A program made the position numbers and the translations under genes. Source: Camelus dromedarius (Eukaryota). Taken from it: a stretch of DNA of 64,000 nucleotides. Location: assembly GCF_036321535.1 (NCBI RefSeq), contig NC_087437.1, positions 93,684,001 through 93,748,000 of the forward strand, in the 5' to 3' direction. The notes beneath the pieces are model-generated. The model had not been told where the DNA came from. It searched no databases and was given only the letters and a program-made list of their open reading frames with translations. Shown piece after piece: positions 52,227 to 64,000 of this stretch (position 1 is the first letter of the stretch; every line of letters begins with the position of its first letter).

Positions 52227-53640
52227 GTTTCCTTCTATGAAGAAAAACTGAATTCCCCATGTACATTTTTCCATAACTGTGTATTGATTTGTCAGTTTAT
52301 TTAGAAAAGAAAAGAAAATTTGCTGTTCTCTCCAAAAGCAGAAACTGGAATGAGAAATATTTGAGGTATAATTAATTATTAAAGAAAATTAAACTCTCCT
52401 AAATTTAAAAAGTGAATAGTTTAAAAAATATATGTAAAATTCCTATCTATCTATCAGTCAATCATTGATCGAGCTATTTTGCTATCAACTTTCTACCAGC
52501 AGTAATTTATCTGTTAGTGATATTCTATCTGTATGTACAGCGAGGTATCTGTAGCTAGTTACATTTAGCACAATATTTACCTCCTTGTATAACTATTGAT
52601 AACAATCATAATTACATAGCATAATTGAACGACGATGACTTGCTTTAATTTTAATAATTACACTTATCTATTTTGCACAGCTAGGTTGTGAGTGTGTGCA
52701 TGCATATGTGTGTTTGTATGTATGTGTGTAAGAGAAAGAGGAGAGGGTAGAGAAATTGGAGGATGTAAACCATTTTTGATTGCTTAATATAATTGGACTT
52801 TCCTTAAAATATATTTAAAAGAAAGAATAGAGCTTTTAATGCAAATAATAACTTTTCAGCCAATCACTAAAATCAAGATTTTGAATTTAATATGGAATTT
52901 GATAAGGATTTGTGATTTTATTTTAGTTTTAAATAACTACTTTCTGTTTATTTTTTTTATTTTTCTAATAAATAACAGAAGTGTTTATTATTGATCTTAA
53001 AACTATAAGGCTTATGTCATGTGTATCATTTCAGTCTCTTATGGTTTTGAAATTTGCCCTATCTTCTTTTAGCAATAAAATTGTGCCTTAATTGGTGAGC
53101 GAAGATAATATTATATTTAATAAACAATAAATGAAAAAGTTGTTTTACTTATTCATTAGATTTCAGAGTAATGTAAGTTCATCAGAAGAATATAAATGAG
53201 TCTTTCATGTTCTTTGTTCAGAACACTTCACATGAAAGAATAAATTAATGTAGAAGTTGTGACTGTCTCCTTTGTCAGTTTTAGCAACCATGAGAAAGCC
53301 ATCCTCTAATACTCATTTTTATATTTCATGCTAACTTTTAAATAAGAAAGTAAATTCACTTTTATTTACAGTCATGCATAATCTGTAATGGGAAATATAA
53401 ATGTTTGTCTTTTTCCTTAAACTTTAAAATTTAAATATTAACTAAACGTAAATGTTATAAGTAATATATTTAATCTAGAACAAGTTGATTTTTAAGGGAT
53501 TAAGTATTACAAAGAGCTCTGCCCCCCCCAAAAAAAACCAAGATTGTTTTAATTGAAAACTGCTTTAAGGTATAATTTTTAATTTTTAAATTATTCATTG
53601 AACTTAGTTCCATAAGAAAAATAGAAAAGCAAAATATACA

Positions 53641-53706
53641 GAAATTAAATAGAAATCAGTAGGTTAATATTTAGAAATTAAATAGAAATCAATAGGTAAA
53701 TACTTA
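53641..53706. repeat. 33-bp tandem duplication (2 copies, 3 mismatches)
   Basis: GAAATTAAATAGAAATCAGTAGGTTAATATTTA / GAAATTAAATAGAAATCAATAGGTAAATACTTA. Confidence 0.9.
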
Positions 53707-56700
53707 GTTAATACTGTATACCATAATTCTATTTTAATTTATTTTCACTAATTTTTTTATGTCAAATATTTTAATTTTTCAGATTTGTATTTAATAAAGT
53801 CTATTAGCTATGAATAATATGTCTTCTATTTCTCAATTATAATTATAGTAATAGCATTTATGGTTTTTGTTTTCTTAAAATTAAAGTATTAATAATTAAA
53901 TAATTGAATAGTTTTCAAACATAGAATTTTTGACACTGATATCTGAAACAGTCAGAAGATTTAAATATATGGGCAATTCTATATGCTAAAAAGTTGCTGA
54001 CAAGTCAATCAAAACACTGGCATATTTTTTAGAAGTAAATAAGTGAAAGATTTAGCTTTTGAATGATTTACTTTCATGAATAGAGATTGGTTAATAAAAT
54101 CAAAGAAAATAATTTGTATTGTCGATTGAAATATCTAGTTATTTTAAAGATGTTAGTGTCTTACCTGTCTATATTTCACCCTATATTTTTTGGAAAGCTT
54201 CATGTTGCTAAATACCCTTCTTTGTTATTAATTTTTTATCTATCCCCATCTTTTCAAAACTCATTTTAAGCATATTATATTCAAATTCTTTGTACAGTGC
54301 CATAGGCTTAGTAATGACAGTGTGTAGTAGTCATAGTAATGTTGGTGAAATAGTGGTATTGTTTTTCTTGTTCATAGATAATACCCTTTTTCTTCTCTGA
54401 TTTGTTTTTTCTTTCCTTTTACTCTTTATTTAAAAGAAGGCTGATTTTAGAGGTTTTGGCGATGGTTTCAATGCAAAATGACAGTCAATTCAAATTGTCA
54501 GCAGTCTTACCAATCAATACAGATGGCTACATGATCGATCCAGTTATTGCAATCAGTATAGATTGTGAACAAAGCATCAGCTGTGCCACAATCTATTTGG
54601 TCCCAGAAACTGCATCTTTTGTCTACGCTCTACCTTTTATAAAGGGAGGTGTTGGATTGAATACAAATTTACAAAAAAGTCATTTAATCAATAGAATAGA
54701 AGGCGTTGAATGACAAGGAAACCTGTGGGGAAAGAAGCAAGCCAACTGCTCTTTATGGTAGCAAAGGTGGGACAAAACATTGGAGGGTTTAATACAAACT
54801 GTGCCATAGAATAAAATAGCTTAATTAATTAGGGAAAATTAGCATACTGCAATTAAGATCATTGATAAATGATAAGAACTAACAATGCAAGATGTTTGAT
54901 GAATAGGTGTGGATTTTTAGTTCTATGTTTAAACTCTGTGACTTATCATCCTCATCTTCTTCCAGGTTTTTCTGTTTCCCTTAAGTGATCAGTCACAGAA
55001 TAGAAACCTCAATCACACTCAATTTATTCTTTCTTTTTGCCTCTCCCATTCAGTTCATCTGGCATCAGATACTCCACCACTGTTTTAACCACTACTCCCT
55101 AAATGACGATTATGTTAGGCACTTTTCACACAACATCTCATTTCATTCTCCCAAGTCTGTGAAGTAGTTTCTATTACTAGCTCTTGGTCTCAGATGAGAA
55201 AAAATGAAATTTAAAGTTCACAGGGAGAATAAATGAAAGGCAAGGCTTTGAACACCAGCCTGTATGCCTCCGAGGTGGTTTTAACCATTATATGTTACCG
55301 TATTTGGGGGATTCTGTCAGAGCAGGTTTCTTCCATCAAAGCTTCTGTTCTTTTTTCATCACTAACTTAACCCGCCTTGTTTTCAAATTGTTTCTCTATG
55401 TCTGGTTTCTCTCAGCCTGTAATCCATCCTACTAAATGCTGTTGGAATAATCTTTTTAGTTCATATCTCTGTCCCAGAAATTGTAAGAATCATCCTTCCA
55501 TATTGAATGAAGTACAGTTTGTGGCAGGAGCTACCTCTAATCAGCTCTATACTGACTCCATGCCATATGCCCTGAGACTTGACTCAAAGCTGAATCATTC
55601 ACCTGACCTCAAATTTGATGTGTTTTTTCCTCAGCTTAATTGCTTTGCCTAATCTATCTCTTCTTTTTGGAAGATCTCTCCCTTTCGTTTTGGTTTATAA
55701 GAATACTCTCAATCCTCTAAGCCCCAATTCAAATGCTACCTCCTTCATGAAACATGGCAAAAACCTCCCAGAAGTCTATGTCTTTCATGTTTATTTATAA
55801 ATATATATATATAATGTACATATTCACATATACATTATTCTTTTGTATATATATTTCATATTTCAACTCTCATATCAAATAACTCATTTCTAATGCTTCT
55901 TATAATCATACTCAACATAAATGCACTTCTTAACATATATGAATAATTATGCAACAGTCCTAAAAACAAATTATTTTCATAAGATTCATAAAATTCTAAT
56001 TTACCTTCTAAGTACTAGTAATTGTTCCTTACTAAAAATCTAACTTTTCCTTGGGCAGATGGTTTCTCATTTTGTATTTCTAATACCTAGTATAGATGAA
56101 CAATGAATGAAAAATATTACACAATTTTAAATGTTTTCTGCTATTATAGTATAATCTTTTTCACTTAAGGGAAAGGATCATGGCTTACTCAACTACTCGG
56201 TATCCACAGCAGCAAATAAAACAAAAACATTAGAGTTTATACTTTGTGGTTTTTTACATGCTTAGAACTAATGATAGCTAATAAAATTAAAACTATTGAT
56301 ACACAAAATTAAACTGTTAATTAAAATATGAGTTTTGATTATTAGAATATAAATATTATGAGTAATACTTCAGAATTAGTATCTAAATTAAGTACTTTCT
56401 CTCTTATACGATACTTAAACATATGTATTTTTTTCTTAACTATGTTATAGAAAATACTTTTAAAATGTTTTAAAATAAATAATTCTTCATTAATATTATA
56501 TAAGACACTGGAAAGCAAAAAATATATATATAGCTCTCTAATCTGGCATTTGAAGCAAAAAAAGAAAAATCGCCACATCATTTATATTCCATACTAAATT
56601 TTATATAAGAATAAATAAATAATAAATTCTACATGAAGACAAATGCTCAATATCAATAAACCTAAAATAGTTTGATCTGGCTTTTATGTTCATGGAATAA

Positions 56701-58290
56701 TAAGTACCAGAATAGTGAGAGCATGTTTTTAATAGCTCTCTATTGCAGAAAATATTGAAGAAGTTGTTTATGCTCTTCCCTTAAGCCTTGATGTTTTACA
56801 CAGTTTGATCAAAACAATCTTACATATTACTATGAAAGCGAATATTTTTCTCTAAGTTTATACGTATTATAAACTTGGAAAAATAATTGCATTGTGTCAG
56901 TATTTTACTGCATGTGGGACTGTATGAAGCGGACTTTCACATGAATAATGCTGTAATTTAAGTAAGTGGAACATGGCATTTGAATTAGAAAAGCACATAC
57001 TAAAATACCAAATCGCCGATCAGCGCCGTCTAGTTCAAGTAGAAGCCTCCTTGAAAAGTTTATCTGTAAAGGTTTTCTAACCATCAGAGGAAAGATAATT
57101 TGACTTTTAGTTGATTGCCAAGTCCATCTGTCATAATATCACTGGTACTTCTTGAGCAGGGAAAACATACAACTGCAAGTTTGGGGTTTTTAATTGTAAC
57201 TTGAGATTCTGTTTCCCACATTATTGACTTCACCACCACGAGTGGGTGAGAGGTGGGTTCCAGCCTCCATCCCAGGGAGTTCCTCCTGCACTATAAATCC
57301 CACGAGTGAAAGCTGCAGTCAGGGTGGTGGAATACTGATGTTGAAAACCCAGGAGACTCTGCATGAGTAATCCCGCAAGTGCGGCTGTAAGAATGACCAG
57401 CACTTTCACTCTCTTAAATGCAGCAGCATATCTAGTAAACACTTCACATAGTTCCTCTGAAGTATTCAGTAAAATCTCTCTCTGTATTTTTCCAGTAAAA
57501 GTTTGCCATGAGATACATGAATTGAGATATTTTTACAAAAGCATTAGTGCAGAAATCACACCTGCATACATACTACATAGAGTGATATTTTATTAAAATA
57601 GAAAGGGCACACCATATTAGCAATCAACAATAATGATTAGAAGGGGCCATTTAATCTCTCTTCCCATAATTTAACAAAATACGGGAAATCACCCTACACT
57701 TCTTTGAAAAAAATCTTTGATATTTGGAAAATAGTGCTAAAAAATGAGTAAGTGTAATATAAGGCAACAGTCCTACGCATGGACCTCTGAGCTGTAGAGA
57801 TACGTGGATGTCTTTGGAGACTCTACTTGCCAGAAAAAGGCTAAATTGTTGTTGAATTCATTGCTGCAGGGATGCAAAGGTGATCTTGTAGCTTGCCTCC
57901 AGTGACAGCTGCTATCCCTTTATTATAATTTGAACCCCTGGGTGTTAAAACATTCATGGCTTTTCTATTAGGCAATCTGCATACTCCTCCAGTCATGTTT
58001 ATTCATAATCCTGTGATGAGTTGCAGACAAACTCACAGAGAACTAAGGCTTCGGCATTTTAGTCAGAGATTTCTACCCTCACTTACAAACGAAAAAGACT
58101 GGGCTGATTTCCATTTATATTTTAATATATGTCATTAAATATCTTTATGTTAGTACTTAGGGTCTTTGGAAATTAAATATGTCGTGAATTGTTGCACTTA
58201 CTAATGGAATGTTTTTAGCAATTAGTGCTTAGAAAATGTATATGAAAATTATGTGTTAGATTTGGTTTTAAATGGTTTTAAAATACATGC

Positions 58291-58306
58291 ACACCAGAGG
58301 GCATCA
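58291..58306 (+). promoter_or_regulatory. Candidate CTCF site
   Basis: ACACCAGAGGGCATCA resembles the CTCF core (CCACCAGAGGGCGC). Motif evidence only. Confidence 0.35.
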
Positions 58307-61300
58307 CAGCTTTTATTCTAAGCTTCTTTAGCAATTTCCTTTCAAAGTGAGTTTTATTTTTTAAACTTTTTTCCCTTCATAATTACTACTCACTTTTGCT
58401 TTAATATTTATAAAACATGCTTACACAATATTATTCACATGAGTATATTGAACAAACAGAAATATTATTATTAAATGAGAAAATTAAAGCAAGCAATCCA
58501 TTTTAATGTATTTCATCCCAGCACTTAAAATTCCTTCATATTTTTTGCTTTCTTTTTTCCCTTACCTCAGGACAATTCCTACTCTATGTATTTTTCTATG
58601 TGCTTTCTCCAAATAATGTATATACATTGTTTTCTTGACTACTCTTGATTTTTTTCCTTTGGATTCCAACTAGAGAGAATAAATTCTTCTTGTAGACGAG
58701 CTCCATTTAATCTGTTCAGAAAATACTTACTGAATTTCAGAGGTCAAGGGCTCAGATTCAGCCCTTCAGGAGCTCACTTTTCAGTAGGAAAGAAAATGGA
58801 AATACATATGATGGCCATTCAGTGTGACGAGAACCCTGACCCAAAGTGCTGTGAGAAATCCTCAGATGTGTCCCTAACTCTTGTGGAAAGTGGGGTGATA
58901 TTGGACAGATGGTTAAAGCCGAGCTAAGATACAAAGAATGATTAAAAAGTTAATCAGATGCTATAAGTCGTCTTATTTCTAAAATCATTTAAAAATGAAA
59001 TACGGAGTTGTTCATATATAAAGAGATCATTAGAGTTAAGGAAAGGTTATTGCCTTTTTGTGGAGTTTATGACAGTGGTGCAAAAATAAGTATAATCAAA
59101 AGACTAGAGCAACTTGTGAAACCAAGCAGTTTTATTAGTAGTTTGTTTTTAATGTTTTTAAAACATGATGTGATTGTAGCTTTTTAATACTGAAACTCTT
59201 GGGTGATTATATCTTCAGCGTGAAATAAAATATTTACATCAACAAGAAAAAGGCATAAGGGATAGTGTGAGTGGAAGCACAGTGGTCTAAGAGTAACCTA
59301 TTCTTAGGAGAAAGTGCAAGCAGCCCAGTAAGTTATAATAAGCTTTTGTTGAGGAGAAGATAAATCCATTTTAAAAATACATCTCAATAACAATTCATGG
59401 GGGAAATTTTTTCCAATTGCCTTTAACTAAAAGTGATCGTTCCTCTTATAGAATATTGTGCCTATTTTATTATCCTCATCGTATATTCTTTTTTTTTTTT
59501 TAATTAAATGAAAAGCTTCAGGAGAGTGCTGATCTAGGAATACATCTCCCACAGTGTTTAGGTCAATGCTTTGAACAGAACAGGGGCTCGATAAATATAC
59601 ATGATGCTTAACTTGGAAAGTATCTATTGACATGAATGTGAGAATTAAACATACTTCTATTTAAAATGATAAATTTTAAAATACTAGAAGTGGTGCTTCT
59701 AATCTCAGTTTTGCTGTAATTTGTTACCTTAATTAATATAACAATTCTGTGCCTCACCTTACCTGTTAAATAATGTAGTGAACTTGTATGATCATTTAAT
59801 TTGTCCCAGGGACTGGGACAAGGCAATTATACATATTATCTAATTTACTCTTCATAACAATCCATATAAGATGGTGTGGTAATTATCTGCATTTATTCCA
59901 GGAGCTCTGGAGTCACTTGAATGTCAAGTAATTTACCATTCATAGTATCTGGTAGAGTCACCACCAAGACTGCGTTCACTTCTTATTAGAAAGCGCGCTT
60001 GCAAATGTCTTTCCACCTCTGAAATGCTATAGTTCTATATAAAAAAGAAATCATCTTGTCCTTGCTCAATAAAAAGTAATTCACTTGTCCTGCAATGTAT
60101 CTCTCCTCTTCTCTGGATAGAATGTTTTACCTTTTATTAACTTGGGAAAAAGCAATATCGATTGCTCTTGAACATCTCAGCTATTTGAGGTTTAACATTT
60201 CACTAGTCTAGAATTTTTTTTTAAAAGGAAAATATTTTAATCATTTACAGTATGAAAATTGAGTAGAATGAGTATTCATAAACAATCTCTGCACTGGACT
60301 CGTGAGTGTTTTATCTTAGAGTTTCTTTTCTATTACCTTCGAGAGGAGAACAGGAGTATCTCCTTGCTGTTTCATTTTGCAACACGTAAGTCATTGCCCT
60401 TCACAAAGGGGGAAAAAAGATGTATAAAAAAGCCATGAACACTATTCAAATTCATGGCCTCTTCCAGGTACGGGTAATTGAGTTGCCTCAAGATCAATAC
60501 GAAACTGCCTAGGATACAGAAAGTCAATAGCTACTTCCAGAGTCAGGTCTGTCTGGTTTAGGTGTCTGCAAAGGCAAAACCTCCAGCTTTGGCTTCAGAG
60601 CAAATGTAAATCTGCATAGCAAAACTTGGAAGTGAATCCCATAGAGCAGGAACTCCTTAAGTATCTTACTTTGATATACGGAAGTTTAGGAGGACCCCTG
60701 CTGAGCAAGTAACTTTTGTTTGATATCCCCCCCCCCCCGACCCTGGGGTGACGTTGAATGAGCCACATATTCATCTTAGATAACTCTGTCTAAAATCTGA
60801 TTTAAAAAAGAAGGTCTCTGTGCAAAGTTATCATCTCTAGTATTCTAAAAAAAAATACTTTTAAGTATTACCTTTTGAAGAAAAAGCAGTTCAATAATAA
60901 TAAAACTTTTTTATAAAAATAATTTACTTTTATTCTACTACAACACTGAAAATATTGCTTATGTCTCCTTTATTAATGAAAAGTTGGGATTGACTTTGAT
61001 AAAAAGCATATCAAAAAAATTAATTTTGTGAAATCTGATATTCCAGAAAACACTGCTCACTTTTAAGAGTAAAGACACTGCCACCTTCCTTAACCAAAGT
61101 GTTAATTTTCCAGTGAAAGGAGAACTCTCCATTGGGATTGGTTGTTGAAATTTACAGAACTAACTTTAAATTCAAGTCACCCTTCCCTGGGAGCTCTTGC
61201 AGTTGCCACTGCAGCACCATGTTGTCCTGTGTAGGGTGTGGTGGCGAGAATACTGCTTCCTCTATAAACATTAGACGCCGGGTCCACAAGAACTAATCTT

Positions 61301-62089
61301 AATTCCACATAGTTCAATTGAGTCATCTTTACAGAGGGCAAAGAAATTAAACAAACAATACACACACAGAATATTGTGCAGTAACAGTATAACAGTTGCA
61401 CTAATATTTCCTACCATACTTTCTGAAGCCCACAGACCCATCTTTCTCTAATTCCTCATGAGGTATATAGCATTTAAATGATTTTGGGGAAAAACTCACT
61501 GTGCATTCTTAAAAAGGCCTGAGAGACACAGGGGACCCTATTTTAAGAATTGCCCAGAGTTTACACTACTGTGAAGGCTGTTGCATACTTATATGTTATG
61601 CAACATATAATTCACTTGTGTGTGGAGTGCAGGATAGAGCAGAGAGATCTCTCAATAAAAAAGAGTAAATGACCATGCAATGATTTTACAGCTGCTAGGA
61701 TTACCTGGTTCTTTTTATTAGGCAATTAAAGTCAATTAACTCTTAACAATAAGATCTATAAACAGTGTTTCCTTAAAGTCAGGGACATTTTTATTTGGTG
61801 TGTAGACTTGGGCAAAAAGAAAATAAAAAGAAACAACTATTTTATTCATTAAACTTCCTTTAAACAATCTTAAACATCTACCTCTGGTCTTCAGATTCAG
61901 AGCACATTGTTCCTACTGTGGTTTCTTCTTGTGAGTTATTCTGGTTTGTTTTTTTGAGCACCCTTTCATACTTCTTAAGGACATAATAAGTTCCAACAAA
62001 ACAAGACAGATCCTCATGTTTATAAATCCCTCACTATCTCTACTAGTGTGTCTTGGGAATAAGGAGTTATGATGAAGAGCTAATCAGCT

Positions 62090-62290
62090 AGGGAAGCACG
62101 CTTCACGTTGAATCTTGGCTGCACACACCCATTCATGATATTGGCAAGTGAGACTTGCCTGGCTCTTAGTTTCCTCATCTATGTAATTAGAAAACTACCC
62201 ACCTTAAAGGGAGTTGTGAGGCTTGAAAGTGATAACATACACTGAAGGCTTGGCTCAGTGTCTGGAACAAAATAGGTTATGAATAACCAT
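62090..62290 (+). mobile_element. MIR SINE
   Basis: TTGAATCTTGGCT..TTGGCAAGT..AGTTTCCTCATCTATG..GTTGTGAGGCTTGAA..GCTTGGCTCAGTGTCTGGAACA. Confidence 0.8.
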
Positions 62291-64000
62291 GTTTAAATGA
62301 ATAAGATGAAAGTAATATATACAAATTACACTTTATGATCTCTGCTGCTTTATACTATTGCCATTCTTTAAATGATGATTAAAATGATTTTCTTTTCTGT
62401 GTGTAAATTTAATGTTAGAAGTCAGATGAGTTCTTTTTTTTTTTTTTTACATTTGCAGGTTTTTAATAGTTTGAAAGTATCAGAGCACCTTACTAATAAG
62501 GCTCATAGGACTCTTGCTCTGTTTCTTTATGCTCAGAAATAAAGAACCCATGTTAGATATTCTGAGAGATTTTCCTGTGTATAGTGGTAAAATCACAGAA
62601 CCAACATCTATTCTTTCTTTCTTTCTCCATTGGAGAGAATGAAGTCAAATGTGGATGACGTGGTGTCTATTTTTTGTTACCATATATAGATCTACTACTT
62701 GAATTAAAACTAAAATGCTGAAAGATCATTCACTTTATTAGCTGCACTGAAATTTCTTAATGAAATAATTTGTCATTTGGATTTCTCTTGTCAAAAAGGG
62801 ACTACTAAAGAAAATGTGATGCTGGGTTTTAGCAGCTGCATTTCTAATGGAAAGACAGATCTTTTAATGAAGAGTTTTAAAATGTCAGCGTGTATTGGAA
62901 GTACACACTATAATAAGGAGCAGATTATCTTTTTCTTACCTTGCTAAAGGCATATACATGGTGCATCAGTCATGGAATATGCAATAGCCAGAGTTCCATT
63001 TAGGGAAATCTGCTTTACCACAACAACTGAGCTAATATAAGGACATGTTCACTTGTTATACCACAAGCCCACTTAGTTCTAAACAAAATGCATATATACG
63101 TATATGTCTGTCTGTCTGAATACGGAATATAAAGTGGACAAATACATAGAAAGGGTAGGAAGGGTAGGTTGATGAGGAATCAATTGCAAGGTAGCACTGT
63201 TAGTACGTGAATGGTGACGAGATCTATTAAAAATGGGCCTCTGGTTTTGCTTTGTATTGTAGTCCAGAACATCTTCAGTTTCAATAAAGTCCTAGTTCTA
63301 TCTACTAGAATTTCTTTTGCTTCAAAATATAAAATGGTGTTTATTTGGTTCCTCTGTACATGCATTATCTCCTCTAACTTGAAGAAAAAGTATGACTTGC
63401 ACACATAAGAGTTACTAAAACAAATCCTACATTTGACTTAAGTGAGATGCACCGTTAGCAAAGACTGTTATTTTGATATAATAGAAATATTTGAAAACAT
63501 GTTATTAAATGAATTTTAATTCATTAAAATAACATATGGGCAGCATATGTATTTATTTTTCAGAATAAGAATTTAGGATAAAGTTGAATTTCTCCCATTT
63601 TCTCATTTAAATGTAATTTTTTAAAATTTAAGATACAATATTATTAGTTTAAGTGTCTGCAAATACAAAGAAACCTACCTTGCCTACTGGTATTCTTCAA
63701 ATTCTTATTTTCCTTTTTTTTTTTTCAACAACAGAGAATACCCTGGAGTCTAAATTATCTTAATAAGATACAATTAAACTAGATTGCTTTATCTGCTAAT
63801 TAACAAACCTGAGAGTTAGTAATACTACAATAAGCATTATGTTGTCTCTTCTCTGAGAAATTGTTACAGCTTTTACATGATTTATCTAAATCTTATTTTC
63901 TATGAATTCCCTTGAATTGCTACCTAGTTTCTAGTCCCAATCTGTATTTCAGCAAAAATGCATATTGGATCAACCACAGATTTTTCTTGATCCCCAAATG

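Noticed and set aside
54402..54713. 103-aa plus-strand ORF as a protein-coding gene
   Set aside because: It has a TTG start and no recognisable family. The segment is better explained as a regulatory element.
62432..62470. Strong plus-strand splice acceptor (T-run..TTTGCAG)
   Set aside because: Stops follow quickly in all frames, and I found no convincing partner donor nearby.

Overview
AT-rich, CpG-depleted mammalian genomic DNA, most likely camelid (Camelus, Vicugna or Lama). The taxon call rests on a tRNA-Ala-derived Vic-1-type SINE at about 31.7 kb and on L1 3' ends that look camelid-type. I found no recognisable host protein-coding exon, RNA gene, CRISPR array or prokaryotic feature. 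The only ORFs with identifiable homology are decayed ERV-L pol/dUTPase (0.27-1.94 kb) and the L1 ORF2 C-terminus (43.2-44.6 kb). The window looks like deep intronic or gene-desert DNA. It carries old eutherian repeats (MLT1, MLT2, LTR16, LTR33, L2, MIR, L1M, MER53) and younger lineage-specific ERV1-like solo LTRs and truncated L1s. The best-supported curiosities are: a three-level LTR nesting whose empty state is preserved in a paralog 14 kb away; an inner LTR with a ~23-bp-period CCAAT array plus two octamers; and an LTR that ends in a poly(A) tail. More speculative candidates are several exons (including a 21-nt microexon) and enhancer-like or CTCF-like motifs. I cannot support a new biological system from this sequence. 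Repeat family names come from my memory of consensus sequences and need RepeatMasker/Dfam confirmation.
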